The notes under the pieces: generated by a model
What the model was told of the DNA's origin: nothing
The model's input: the letters and a program-made list of their open reading frames with translations, nothing else
The model's database searches: none
Part shown: in pieces, positions 42,616 to 60,732 of the stretch
Numbering within the stretch: position 1 is the first letter of the stretch
Layout: every line of letters begins with the position of its first letter
From: the human T2T-CHM13v2.0 reference genome, Homo sapiens
Strand: one strand, 5' to 3'
DNA: 64,000 nucleotides
Assembly: GCF_009914755.1 (NCBI RefSeq)
Contig: NC_060929.1
Program-made: the position numbers and the translations under genes

Positions 42616-44334
42616 TTTTTTTTCTGAGCTTGGAGAAATATATCCCTTAGTACACTTGGAATTTATAAAGCAGACATCAATAAATTTATATATATGTGAC
42701 AGATACCAACAACAATCCAGTCCCCTTCCCTCATACCTTATTTATGTACATATATTTTATATAATAGATATAATTTATTAACAATTTATAAAATTACTTT
42801 GTTAATACTCTATATCATTTTCTAGCTGAATTTATCAATGATAATGCTCTTTTCCCACTTTTATTTTTTTCCCATTGACCATGCAGCAGTTTTGTGTAGA
42901 CCGTCTGATAACAACTGATCTGTTTATCTAGGGGGGAGAAATCTAATTCAATGGAAAATATAAATAAAATTGTGATAAACTTTTGTAAATAGAGTGGCTT
43001 TTAACTACACTTGAGATGGCTAGCAAATTCATAAAGTGAATTTAGTTTCTTTCAAAGTTCAGTAATTCTTTCTGGCCATTAGGGATATGTCCATTTATAC
43101 TTTCTCAGTATCCCAAGTCATTTCATGGTTTTAAATCATTCATGAACTTCCAAATATAGTGAATTTATTTCTTCTGCATTTAAAATTTTATCACTTAAAT
43201 ATACGATATACCGTATTGCCATGACGAAAAATGGTAAAGACTATTTTTCACTTCTGTTATGCATTTCATTAATACGATATCTGTATGTGTTTCCAAGTTA
43301 GACATTTCTTTTGCCCATTTCCTACACTAATGATACTAATGATGACTTTGTGGAATATTCAGAATTAACAAAATGTGTTTTGAGTGCTTTTTTTAGTACT
43401 GGGGCAAATTTGCAGTAATATCGCCTGCTTTTTACATTAAATTCCCCATAACTTTTACAACTATGGGAAAATTTCTGAAACGTGCACAGATTCCAAGTGT
43501 TTTCTGAGAACTTTATGCTTATTGTAGAGTGGTTACAGACACTGAATGCTAAAGTGTATTACTCTTTGAAAAGCATTGCTTGATTTCTTTTGGTGAATTC
43601 TGTAAAGGTGTAGGGAAACATAACGTCCCAATTATTTTTTCTTTCTTCTTTGTTTGCTGCCTATCTACTTTGAAAGATACAATAGTTAAAACCCAGAAAA
43701 GAGATTGGAAACCCCTTAGAGAATGAAAGACATCCAAGGGCTCTAAAATGCGGCAGTTGCTGCTTCTGAGACCAAAAAAGGGGGCAAAATATAGAGTGTG
43801 TGGTTCTACTTGTGTGATTTTTTGAAAGAAAGTATTTGAATTTATCTAAAAATACTAAATTTGTATTTACATTAGTTTTCAAATAGAATTTAATAAGTAC
43901 AGTGTTCTATAGGTAATATTGAGAGAAATAGAGGACAATGAAACCTCTCTCCTCCATCATCTTGTATGAACTACCAAAATGTTTATCATATGGACAGTTC
44001 TCATATATAGTCAAATAGAAAGAAAGACATAATAGGAAAACAAATGACTTGGGAAACTAAGCTAACATGGTCTAATTATTCTGACCTCTGCTCACCTAAC
44101 TTGATTTAGGAACAAATCATTGAGAGTTAGAGCATGAATAGTCAAGACTGTTAGACCATATCTCAAATATCAGTGACTTCAATCAACTATGTTTCCAGTT
44201 TAAGCTGAATAGGCTTTATTAAATAGTTGTTGAATGAATGGATAAACAAATAATGTACTCTGGGGATTACCTGATACCAGGATTCTGAATTTTCAGATGT
44301 ATCATAGAAGGATAGCAGCTTTGCAATTAGGTAA

Positions 44335-44440
44335 ATTGTTAACTGTGTCACCTTTAGCAAGTTATTTAATCTCTTTGAGCTTCAGCAAAGTAGGAATAAT
44401 CATATCTAATTTGAAAGGTCGTGGTGATGGCTAGGGCTAA
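44335..44440. mobile_element. MIR fragment
   Basis: ctgtgtcacctttagcaagttatttaatctctttgagcttcag resembles MIR core. Confidence 0.55.
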
Positions 44441-45520
44441 CAAAAATCTGATTCACAACATGCAATTAATTAACAGTAGCCATTTTTAGTGGTTGACCAA
44501 AAAAAGGATTTATATTTTCAATGCCAGCACACTCGATGTTCTGTTGGGAAAAATAATAATGATTTTTGTGTGCTTCTCCATATGGTATAATGGAATGATT
44601 TGTGGATGGAAATAAAACTGTTCTAAAATTTTTGTGACAGCTGGTTTAAAAATCTTAAGTGCCTAGGCACATTCTTGATTGAGAAGCCACAGTTTTAGGC
44701 CATAAAAGATGGGGGAAAGATTTTTATATGAGACAATTTTGTGAGTGTTACTTTTTCTTTGTCTGAACCATAGTGAAATCTAAACAAGGATCTTGTGAAA
44801 CTTATTTTAAAGAAGCAGTTTACTTCAATGGGATCTTAGATAATTTCACCAGAAAATGGATCACCGAAACCAGAAGGCTGGTGATCATTATTTGGTTTGG
44901 GCCATATAAGAATTGAAACTAACGGCTTAGCTTTAGGATTTTTAGGACACTTGTTGATAATTTAGGATTCATAATTAACATATGTGTTGATTGTATTCTG
45001 AGACTAACTGGGCAATGGGTTTGGATGTGTTTACATTTATTCTGATTCCAGTCATAAAATTATGTCAAGGACTTTCCTTGTCTTTTTATGTGTATGACAG
45101 ATGTGTATGTATCCATTTCATCTAACAAGTTAAAGCGTTCAGCTATAATTTAAAATTTGTAGCTTCACTGTTTTATAGTACCTAAAATTGGAATGTAATC
45201 AGTCAGAAGACATTCATCCACTGCTTTCATTCCAGAAGTATTATGCTTTTTGAAGCAGCAATAGCATAGGAATGTTGAGGAGACTATACTATACTTTTAT
45301 AGCATATTTAATCTCGTAGATCACTTTTCAATGAATTATAAGGCTGATGACAAATGAGCAAATTGTATCAGTTTTCTTTATGACATGTAACAGAGTATAG
45401 CTGTGATCATGAATTGGATAGTTCTGGTGTAAAAATCTGCTTTATCCCCATATAAGATGTCAGGTTCAGAAAAGCAAACACATAGTTTCGAAGGGATATT
45501 GATCAAACTGATGAGGCTAA

Positions 45521-45874
<354 letters not shown>

Positions 45875-46375
45875 TGAGTTCACTTTTAAGAAACCATACT
45901 TAATGGAAAATTACCAGTAACAGGGCATACTGTTTAGGATGCATTCCTAAAATATTAATGGCAAAAGATAGCCAGCCTATGGCAAAGCTAATTGGAAAAA
46001 ATATTTTATAAAGGATGAGACTTCTGGATACCATATGGGAAGGGCTCTGGTTCAGGAAAATGTTTTTAAAAAACTGTCATTGAAGAGACCATAGAATCAA
46101 ACAAAATAATTTAATCTGTATGTAAAAGAAGTTGGTACCACCATAATTTTTCTTATACATGTCATATAAGGATCTACTCTGTGTATTGTCATTGAGGGCA
46201 GATATAATTTCTTAGTTCATCATTAACTCTCTGAAGTATTTCACACAGTAGTTTGTACACCTTCTAAGTACTCAATACAATGCTTGAGTTCAATTATTGG
46301 AAAGTGGTCTCTTGGAGAAAAAAGAATCATAGTGCAAAACCAATTATTTTACATGGACTTTTCCTCTATATCTAA

Positions 46376-46770
<395 letters not shown>

Positions 46771-46854
46771 TGACTTATCTTAAAAGGCTAAGGACCTGGT
46801 TTGTTTGTCAAATTTTGAAAATAGATGCCTCAGTTCATAAGATTTCCATATTGT

Positions 46855-47031
<177 letters not shown>

Positions 47032-47351
47032 CTATACAATTTCAGCTGAAGATTCAGCCAACAGTTCATTCTGAGACTGTGTTCCATGGAAAAAGTAAAG
47101 CCCAGGCATGGAAGTGGGAATGGAAAGAAAGATTCTAAGCCTACAAATACTCAAACATCAAGAAGAAATAAAAATAAGTCATCACTTCGACTTCATGTGC
47201 TAACATCACTGAGGTTATAAATTCCCAGGAATATTTTATTGCGGGAGCAAGATTGCACTGCTGCCTTTCAGCTTGCAAATTCCAGTGAGAAACGTCTTTC
47301 TCTCTGCTCTCAACTAACTCTACAGAACGCTGTCCTCTCATTTCTTCAGGC

Positions 47352-47393
47352 TGCAGTTCTAGAGTAGGGACTCAGAGTGCCACTGTTGGCCAG
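47352..47393 (+). promoter_or_regulatory. Degenerate CSE of PCDHGB9P
   Basis: TGCAGTTCT...GGACTCAGAGTGCCACTGTTGGCCAG; CG>TG and CG>CA changes. Confidence 0.75.
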
Positions 47394-47650
47394 TCTGGAA
47401 ACAGAGATAAATGAGCCAATCCCCAGACATTCCGGCTTGGTGGCTTTTCTAATTTCATGGAATGCAAATCCAAGAGCAGACCCACAACATTCCTATTATG
47501 GCTCCTAGTTCTACAAATTATAAGCAGGAACGGAACGGATTTACAGGCAATGAGTTCAGCTCCTTCTTGGCTGGAGATTCTATAATCCAAGAAGAGTTTG
47601 AAAAGGGGCTTATTTGGGCTGGAGCAGCAGCAACTCTAACTGTGGAAAAG

Positions 47651-50290
47651 GTGGGGAATGGTGCTGGACTGACAGTCTGGGTAGAACCAAGGCGACTACT
47701 GCCTCCTTTCCTGCTATTTCTATCCTGCTGGGCATTCTCTATGATGCAGATCCGTTATTCAGTCCTAGAGGAGCTGGCCAAGAGTTTGGTGGTGGGAAAC
47801 CTTGCCAAGGATCTGGGACTCAGTGTCGAGGACATGCCCACTTGAAAGCTTCGGGTTAATGCTGAGGAATAATACTTCATTCTAAGTGGGGAAAGTGGAG
47901 ACTTACTTGTGAATGACTGAATGGATCAGGAGCAGATACGCCCCCCAATTATAGCTTGGGCCATAACGCTTTGAAATAGTTGAAGGCCAGGCATGGTGGC
48001 TCACACCTGTAATCCCAGCACTTTGGGAGGCCGAGGCGAGCAGATTACGAGGTCAGGAGTTCGAGACCAGCCTGACCAACATAGTGAAACCCTGTCTCTA
48101 CTAAAAATACAAAAATTACTGGGCATGGTGGTGCAGGCCTATAATCCTAGCTACTCGGGGGGCCGAGGCAGGAGAATCGCTTGAACCCGAGAGGCAATCG
48201 CACCACTGCACTCCAGCCTGGGTGACAGAGCAAGGCGCCATCTCAAAAAAAATGAACAAACGGTAGTTGAAAATTCTTTAAATGTTTTTCACATTAATAT
48301 GGAGATTCAGGATATGAAGAATCATGCACCACGGTTCAGCAGGAATGTTATTAAGTTACGTATCTCTGAGTTTACCCAGCTGGAACAAGATTTGCAACAG
48401 AACCTGCAGAAGATCCTGATGTTGAGAGAAATTCCTTACAAAATTATCACCTTAGCAGCAACTCTATATTTCTCTTTGAAGTAAAAGTGACCAACAGTGG
48501 AAAGACATATGTTGATCCTGTGTTAGAGAAGCTGCTTGACTAGGAAAAGCAGAGCTCCCATCCCTTAGTGCTAGCAGCCTTAGACGGCCCCCCAACAAAG
48601 CAGCATCACTCAACTCCTGATCCTATTGGTTGAAGCCAATGACAACCCTGTGTTCATCTAGGATGTGTACAGCGTCGGCCTTCAGGAAGATGTGCATCCG
48701 GGCACTCCTGTGCTGAGAGTGAGGGCCACCAACCAGGACTAGAGTGTCAAGGCAGAGATCACATATGGCTTCACAACCCAGAGTACCCATATCTAGTTTG
48801 GCCTTGATCAAATAGTGGAGAAATGAAAACTTTAAGTACATTGGACTTTTAAAGATTTTTAATTTCCATGGTTTTGGTAGCAAGTGACAGAGAGGGACTC
48901 ATTGTCCAGTGTACAGTTGAGACCGAATTTCTAGAAGATAATGACAATATCCTAGAGGCGATTTTTACTTCTAATTCCACAATGATTCCCAAAGATTCTG
49001 CACCTTGGACAGTAATCACTGTCCAGGATTTAAATCACAAGATCTTTAAATCACAAGATCTGGATTCGGGAGAAAACGAGGTCACATGTCTGATATAAGA
49101 AAATGCACCTTGAGAAAAATCTTCCTCCAATAATTAACTACATGCTTGTAACAAATGGGGCCGTGGACCAGGAACAGACCCAAGGTATAACATCAGCATC
49201 ACTGCCACTGACAGAGGCAAACCAACCCTCTCGTCCAGCCCAAGCATCACCCTACTCATTGGCGATGCCAACGACAATGCTCTGGTTTTCTACCAGGCCT
49301 CCTACGTCGTCCACGTGGCCAAGAACAATCTTCCCAAAGCCTCCATAGTGTGCAAGTAGACACCTCCAACCTAGACTTGGGACCCAACAGCCAAGTTCCC
49401 TATTCCATCGTGGCCAGTGACCTGGAGCCACAGGCGCTGTGATTCTAGGTGTCCTTGAGCGCACAGTGCGCCTTCGACCAAGAGCAGCCGCGAGCCTTCA
49501 AGCTCACGCTGCAGGCCCGCGACCAGGACTAGCTCGCGCTCGGCGTCAACGTGAGCCTGCGCGTGTTGGTGGACGACCTGAATGACAACGCACCGCGGGT
49601 GCTGTACCCCAGCTCTGGAGCGCAATGGCTTCGCGCTCTTGGATATGGTGCTGCACGCCGCGGAGCCTGGCTACCTGGTCACCAAGGTGGTGGCTGTAGA
49701 CGCAGATGTGAGACACAATGCGTGGCTGTCCTACCACGTGCTGCAGGCCAGCAAGCCCAGGCTCTTCAGCCTGGAATGCGCACCGACGAGGTGCTGACAG
49801 CTCGCACGATGGGCCACAGGAAAGCGACTCGCCAGCGCCTACTGGTCGCGGTGCACTGCGGTGGACAGCCGCTCCTCTCGCTACCGCCACGTCACCACCA
49901 CTACCGCCCCTCGTCGCCGACAGCCTGCAGGAGACTCTGCCAGACCTCAGCGATCACTCTGCAAAGCTACAGCCTGAATCCAAAATTAATTTATATCTGG
50001 TGATTGCCTTAGCTTTAATTTCCTTTTTATTCTTCCTGATTGCATTGTTTGTGCTGGTTTTAAAGTGCCGAAGACCCCAAAATGATCCTGTCTGAGTCTT
50101 TCCCACGGATGTCTATCCCGCGCTAAGCCCCAGGTTTCTGGGTAACTGTAGCTCTATGATGCCATATTCCTACCAGGTGTGTGCTTCTCCTACGAATCCA
50201 GGGCTGAGTGAACTTCTTTTTTGAATCCCTACCCCTCAGGACTCAATAGCAGTTTCACTGCAGAAAGCCCCTTGGGGAAGGGGATGATTG
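47651..50290 (+). pseudogene. PCDHGB9P: Protocadherin gamma B9 pseudogene (3' end approximate)
   Basis: VGNGAG (GTG) aligns with B5 MGSGAG; [27 protein letters not shown] and TM remnants; many stops/frameshifts; Alu insertion in EC1. Confidence 0.88.
47985..48252 (+). mobile_element. AluS element inserted in PCDHGB9P EC1
   Basis: Alu dimer with ~20-bp right-arm deletion; tagttgaa repeated at 47977 and 48264. Confidence 0.9.
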
Positions 50291-51006
50291 TGATTATTCT
50301 AATTGCTTGGGCAGAATCCACTCTCCAAGGTGAAAAATTCTTGATGAAACTAAGTTCAGTCACAAGCAGGTTTTCTTCTAGCATTAAATATTTTCAGAGA
50401 TCTCAGTAAAAAGCATTTCTAGCAGCAAGACCAAAGGCCTAAGATGAGAAATATTTGGCATGGTGAGCTTGAGGGACAGTAGTCAGGCAGACAAGAGTAT
50501 CAGACATGCCAGAGCATTTGGGGCCTGTAGGTAAGGAGCATGTTTTGATTATATATATTTGTATGTGTTTGATTATATTTTATAATTTTACTTTGATATT
50601 CAAATTGTACTGATCCAAAAATAAGGGAGGGACAAATCTTGGCCATTGTAGTATGAGAGATGTAAATTTACAACTCAGAATCCCTGCTTATCACTTCTCC
50701 TTCAGCACACAACTGTTTCATTTTCTATTTAAGAAACTTCCTCTCACTGCAAAAAGACATTCTGGCTGATAAAGTTAGCCTATAATTTCAGTAAATCTAA
50801 GAATATGACTAATGGAAGTTGCCAGACCTAAACTTTGAAAATTATTGTTCCACTGAAGAGCGTCTTATGACTGAGTGTTCCAGTCTCCTTCTCAAGCTGA
50901 ACCTTGCTTTTCAAACCAGATTAAGAACACTATCATAAGTTATACTGCATTTTGTTTCCCTACCCATGTCCACTGCATCATTCTCTATAGTACAAAGAGC
51001 TTGTCT

Positions 51007-51303
51007 CGCCAGGCGCATCTATAATCTTAGCACTTTGGGGCGCCAAGGCGGGTGGATCACTTGAGCCCAGGAGTTTGAGACCAGCCTGGACAGCATGGCA
51101 AAAACCCATCTCTACAAAAAAAAAAAAACAAAAATTAACAAGGTTTAGTGGTCCATGCCTGTGGTCTCAGCTACTTGGGAGGCTGAGGTGTGAGGATCAC
51201 CTGAGTCTGGGGAGATTGAAGCTGCAGTGAGCTGTGGTTGCGCTCCTGTACTCCAGTCTGGGTGACAGAATTAGACCCTGTCCCAAAACAAACAAACAAA
51301 TAA
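51007..51303 (+). mobile_element. AluJ-like element
   Basis: Diverged dimer with (AAAC)n tail; flanking aaagagctt repeats. Confidence 0.85.
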
Positions 51304-51948
51304 AGAGCTTCTCTCCTTATGACTTATTTAAAGCTTGGGAAATTGTTCCAATTCAAATGCTTTAAATGGACTTGAGCTAAAACAGAATGTGGTATATGAA
51401 ATGTTCTTATAATCAGGTGATTGTAAAAATTGATCCAGATAATGTTAGCATAGCATTTTACTGAAGTAGTAGTTTACAAACACTTCAAAAATTATAGAAT
51501 AACATTTGCATATAAAATTCCTCATACATTTCCCTATCAGTGAATTGGAAGCTTACAATATACAATATTACCAAAAAGACAAAAAAAATGAAAAGGAAAC
51601 AGTTACCTTTGGAAAACATAATTAGGTAAAATGGGTAATATGGAAAGTCTGAAAACTGAAAAAATTACTGATAAGTCAAGAGAAAAGGAATATTAGTAGG
51701 AAAATTCATAAAAGTGTGTCTGACTACTCACAGCAGGTTTCCTTATTGGTATGTATTCTGTGGTCCATCTAAGCTATGTTAATTTTATTTTAAATGCTAC
51801 CTGGGTATTGGCTTCTAAAAGGAATTCAGTAAATCAGATAATTTGGCATCTTCAATCTAGATTCTGATGCTCACCTGAAAAGTCTGCTAAGGATTGGAAA
51901 CCAAGAAAAGTGAAGTATCTCAACAGATATGTGTCACTTGTGTGTACT

Positions 51949-52268
<320 letters not shown>

Positions 52269-52379
52269 CGCGTACTGGATTTATATTGTGTAATACTTTG
52301 CTCTAGCAGTATAGTAGGTGAGACAGTGACTGTGTCTAGTGAGCAAAAGGCACTTATTTGACACTTTTGACTCTTCCTT

Positions 52380-53000
52380 TCTACTTACCTTATTTAAAAT
52401 TGATTTTTGCATGTGGCATGATGCACCAGTTCATTGAGGTAGGGGTTGAAGTTATTTCCCATTTTTTTCAATACCATTTATTAAAAATATTTTCCTCTTT
52501 CTGTTGAATTTGCTTGGTGCCTTTGTTGAAAGTCATTTCACTGATATATGTAGTTCTATTTCTATATTCTTGATCATGTTTCATTTGTCTATTCTTTTAC
52601 TAATAGCACACTGTCTCAATTATTGTAGCTTTATAGTAAGTCTTGCTACAAAGTCTTACTACAGGACAAAGCTTGTAGGATTTTTGAATGGGATGGCATT
52701 GCATCTATACCTTTATCAGGGAAAGAGGGAAGGAGGGAGGAGGATCATCTTAACAATATTGACACTTCAAATCCATGAACATGGTATATATTTCCATTTA
52801 ATTAGGTCTTTAATTTCTCTCAGCTATGTTGTATAGTTTTCAGTGTAGAGAGGTCATGTATATTTCTCATTAAATTGTCCCTACATATTTGATGTTTTCT
52901 AATGTTATTGTAAATAGTATTTTTAAAATTGTATCTTCTAATTGTTCATTTCTAGTTTACAGAAAAATGAAAAACTATGTTTTTATGTATTCTATATGCT
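52380..53000 (-). mobile_element. Old L1M fragment (ORF2 region)
   Basis: attattgtagctttatagtaagtctt and atccatgaacatggtatatatttccattta resemble antisense L1M. Confidence 0.65.
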
Positions 53001-53169
53001 TTTGAAAAGTAAGAGGTGCAAAGTGCTCTATTCTTACACTATATTGTGTGAGAATATAAGTCGAAACCACTCTGCATAAGTTCAGGCTTCCATTCTCTTC
53101 AGTTTGTAGGTTGAGAGAACCCATCCAGAAACAGTAAACATTGGTGTCTGCCCAAGTCTGGTCCTGGGT

Positions 53170-54567
<1,398 letters not shown>

Positions 54568-54899
54568 TTACCATTCTTTTACTCTGAGTTCTTCCATTGT
54601 GATCATCTAGTCAGATGGGTAGATCCTTATAAGGCTGAGCATAATAAGCTTCCTGATAGCTCTACACTGGTATGTTTTGGGGTTCATGGCTGAGCTACTT
54701 TTGTGTTTTATTTATCTTCCTGATCTCTTTTTCACTGTAAGAAACATCCAGCACCCAGGGAAATTTGCTGTCTAATTCATACTCCACTCTTCAGACTAGT
54801 CCTAGTGTTCAGTTTTGTTTTGTTTTTTTCTGTGTCTGGAATTCTATTAAAATGTGTCAGGCTGTTTTAATTTTTGTTGTTTAATTTTCTTTCACATGA

Positions 54900-55242
<343 letters not shown>

Positions 55243-55588
55243 TTAACCTCAGTTTTTCTTCACCATCTGTAAAACTGCATAGAAGGAATGTTTAGGATAA
55301 AAGATGCATAACAATCATAACAAAATTGTTGGGTTTTAATGTTATGAGTACACTTGGAGGATTCTATGTCCACACATACCTTAAACATCCTATAGAGTCC
55401 TTAGCATTTTAAAGTTGAAACCAACAGTATGAATGATGGTAGAATTTTCCCCCCCAGGAAGTTAGAACTGTTCCATATCTTGATAGAGGGATGGGTTATA
55501 AGGATGTACACATTTTCCAAAACTCATTGAACTTAAGAGTCTTGCATGTGACTGTATATAAATTATACTTTAATTGAAAATAAATTTA

Positions 55589-55928
<340 letters not shown>

Positions 55929-56456
55929 TCACTATACCTCAGACTCACCCCTGAAAGATCACTACTATTCATCCCTGGTTATGTACACTTACAAACATTT
56001 TCTGTGTGTATGCGAATGTATGTGTGGGGTTTTCTTTGCACAACAGGATCATTTTACAGTATATATACTGTTGTGCAACTTGCTCTTTCCACTTAATATC
56101 TCAAGGAATCTTTTCTTTGAATCTTTATAGCCATGTACCTCAATCTTAGTAGTTTTCTTTATTTTATTTTTGAATAGGAAATACATTTACATGGTTTTAA
56201 AAATCAAAACAATATACTATGTATATATTGAGAAGTCTGACTTCCATCCCTATCCTACTCCTATTCCACCCTTGCTTCCTCCTGTCCCCTGTAGGTAAAC
56301 ATTTTATAACTTTATTAAGCATCCTGTCAGCATTTCTTATGCAAATATGTACATATATTTTTATTTCCCCATTTTTTTTACAAAAAGATAAAATACTATA
56401 CACCACTTTATATCTTCCTTTCTTCACATTATATCCTTTAAAAATATTTCCATATT

Positions 56457-56843
<387 letters not shown>

Positions 56844-57122
56844 TCATAAATGAGCGCTATTGAATAGCCCTGTACCTACATCAGTTTTTACATATGCAGT
56901 ATATCTTTGGGATGAATTCCCAGAAATGGAATTGAAATTGCTGGGTCAAAGAGTAAATAGGTGTAATTTTCTTAGGTATTTTCACAAGAAGTGTTAATTC
57001 TAACTTTCTGTTTTGAAATGATTTCAAATTTTCAAAGGAGTTGCAAGAATTGTACAAAGAACTGTATCTCCTTCACCCGGATGCACCGGGTGAATTATAT
57101 GTATTATATAATTGTATCTGTA

Positions 57123-57405
57123 GGCCAGGTGCAGTGGCTCACTCCTGTAATCCCAGCACTTTGGGAGGCTGAGGCAGGTGGATTACTTGAGGCCAGGAGT
57201 TCAAGACCAGCCTGGCCAACATGATAAAACTCCATCTCTACTAAAAATACAAAAATTAGCCAGGCCTGGTACCCCATGCCTAAGGGTGAGGCATGAGAAA
57301 TGCTTGAACCTGGGAGGCGGAGGTTGCAGTGAGCCGAGATCGCACCACTGCACTCCAGCCTGGGCGACAGAGCAAGACTCTGTCTCAAAAAAAAAAAAAA
57401 AAAAA
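57123..57405 (+). mobile_element. AluS element with internal deletion
   Basis: Alu dimer, altered start of right arm, A-tail. Confidence 0.87.
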
Positions 57406-57806
57406 GTAAAAAAGTTTTTTAAAAAGATGTATCTATATATACATATTTACATACACACCCAAGTGTGTATGTATATATGTTTGTGTGTATGTACACAAAC
57501 ACATTATTTTTATATGATATGATTTTTTTATGACATGATTATTTTTATGACATTTGAGAGTAAGTTGTAGAAATTATGTTTCTTTATTCCTAAATACCTC
57601 ATTGTGTATTTCCTAACAAGGACATTCTTTTATATAATTAAATTTCAATAATAAAAATCAGAAAATTTAACATCAATGCAATATAATTATTTAGCCTATA
57701 GTCCATATTTAAATTCTACCATACCTTATAGTATATTTTACTATACCTCATAGTAATTTTTTTTAGTCCAAAATATCACACATTGCATTTAGTTGCCATG
57801 TCTCTA

Positions 57807-58116
57807 TTTTTTTTTTTTTTTTTTTTTTGAGACAGGGTCTCACTCTTTCGCCCACGCTGGAATGCAGTGGTATGATCTTGGCTCACTGCAACCTCCGCCT
57901 CCCAGGTTCAAATGATTCTCCTGCCTTAGCCTCCTGAGTAGCTGGGACTACAGGCATGTGCCACCACACTCCCACCACACCCAGCTAATTTTTGTATTTT
58001 TAGTAGAGACAAGGTTTCACTATGTTGGCCAGGCTAGTCTTGAACTCCTGACCTCAAGTGATCTGCCCACCTCAGCTAAGTGCTGGGATTACAGGCGTGA
58101 GCCACCATGTGTGGCC
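57807..58116 (-). mobile_element. Alu element
   Basis: Poly-T + Alu body; TSD tagttgccatgtctct. Confidence 0.9.
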
Positions 58117-58233
58117 TAGTTGCCATGTCTCTTTAATCTACTTTAATCTGAAACAGTTCCTCAGCCTTGTTTGTTTATATGAAACTGACATTTGTAAAGA
58201 CTAGAAGCCATTTGTCTTGTATAATGCCTTTAA

Positions 58234-58935
<702 letters not shown>

Positions 58936-58971
58936 TATGATTGTATTTAGACTAGACATTTTTTTGGTAGT

Positions 58972-59832
58972 ATATTATTTAGCCATTGCTGTGTAACAAA
59001 TTATCCCAAAACTTAGTGGCTTAAAAGAAGCATTTATTATCTCATAAATTTTGTGGATCAGGACTGGGTATAGCTTTGCTGAGTGCCTCTGCCTCAAAGT
59101 CTTACAAGGCAGCAATTAAAGTGTCACCTAAGGCTATTGTCTTATCTGAAGGGTCAACAGAGGATGGATCCGCTTCTAATCTCTCTCACATAGTTAATGG
59201 CAAAATTAAGTTCCTTGTGGATTGTTAGACTAAGGGTTCCAGTTCCTTGCTGGTTGTTAGCTTGAGGTCTACCTCAGTTCCTTGCCATGTGGACCTCCAT
59301 AGGGCAACCAGCTTCTGTTAGAGCAAGTAAAGGAGAGTGCCAGAGAGGGCAAATGTGATGAAAGCCACAATCTTTTTATAAACCTAATTTTGAAAGTGAC
59401 ATACAAGGCTAGGCATGGTGGCTCAAACCTGTAATTCCAGCACTCTGAGAGGCCAAGGAGGGTGGACTGCTTGAGCCCAGGAGTTCAAGACCAGCCTGGG
59501 TAACATGACAAAACCCTGCCTCTACTAAAAATACAAAAATTAGCTGGTCTGGTGGTGCATGCCTATAGTCCCAGCTACTCAGGAGGCTGAGGCCAGAGAA
59601 TTGCTTGAACCCAGGAGGCGGAGGTTACAGTGAGCCGAGATCACACCACTCCACTCCAGCCTAGGCCACAGAATGAAACCCTGTCAAGAAAGAAAGGAAG
59701 GAACAAGGGAGGGAGGGAGGAAGGAAGGGAGGTAGGGAGGCAGGGAAAGACCGAGAAAGTGACATACCATCATTTTTGCTGTAGTTTGTTCATTAGAAGC
59801 AAAATCACTTGGTCCAGCCCACACTCTGGGGA
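58972..59832. mobile_element. MaLR MLT1-family LTR split by an Alu
   Basis: cattgctgtgtaacaaattatcccaaaacttagtggcttaaaa...cagcccacactctggggag. Confidence 0.7.
59408..59754 (+). mobile_element. Alu element with (GGAA/GGGA)n tail
   Basis: Alu dimer; TSD gaaagtgacatac at 59392 and 59755. Confidence 0.88.
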
Positions 59833-60461
59833 GATGATTTTCTAACTCCATTTGTAATAACTTATTCTACTTTTATTAGTTGGCATTATACAGTAAGAAA
59901 GAGCTTTCTTTTCTCTTCTTATTTATTCATATATGGCTCATGTGTTTTTTCCAATGAGTTATATTCTATTACTAACATTTTTTATTTTGACCTCAAATTG
60001 TTTTAGATGTTACCAATAAGAACCTCTTCAAGCTGGTTCTTGTGTCCTTTTGCCATAACTCTCTCATTTTCTTGAACCCTTTCTTACTTTCTGATATAAG
60101 AAAATATTAGAGACTCATACTTTCCTTGTTCCAGTTCTGAGATGAACCATTTATCCAAAAGCCTTGCTTCATTTTAGTAGGGAATAGTATTTAGAAACTA
60201 AGATCTGGGTGTGAGGTATGCTCACTGCTAATGGGCTGTCACTGTTTCTAGGCCTTGTCAGCAGACGGAGCTAGGAAAAACACACATAAACACACCCATA
60301 TTTATATTTGTACACACACTCCCTCAAAATCGTGAGTTCATATTGATACCTCCAGTTCTGGTTCTTCCTAGCCTTCCCCCTTTCCATCTTTGTATTTTTA
60401 TTTTCCAACAGTAAGAACCCTGGCTCCCAGTGCTATGAATATATTTACTCATTTGCTCCAT

Positions 60462-60732
60462 CCACTGCACTCCAGCCTAGGCCACAGAATGAAACCCTGT
60501 CAAGAAAGAAAGGAAGGAATGAGGGAGGGAGGGAGAGAGGAAGAGAGAGAAGGAAGAAGGAAGGGAGGGAGGGAAAACTGAGAAAGTAACATACCATCAT
60601 TTTTGCTGTAGTTTGTTCATAAGAAGCAAAATCACTTGGTCCAGCCCACACTCTGGGGAGATGATTTTCTAACTCCATTTGTAATAATTTATTCTACTTT
60701 TATTAGTTGGCATTATACAGTAAGAAAGAGCT
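60462..60732 (+). repeat. Second copy of a ~270-bp dispersed direct duplication (first copy 59646-59905)
   Basis: Near-identical sequence ccactgcactccagcctaggccacagaatgaaaccc...cagtaagaaagagct. Confidence 0.93.

Noticed and set aside
47462-47845. 127-aa ORF overlapping the B9P 5' end
   Set aside because: Chance upstream ATG in frame with a decayed signal/EC1 segment that stops at the TGA; no support for a product
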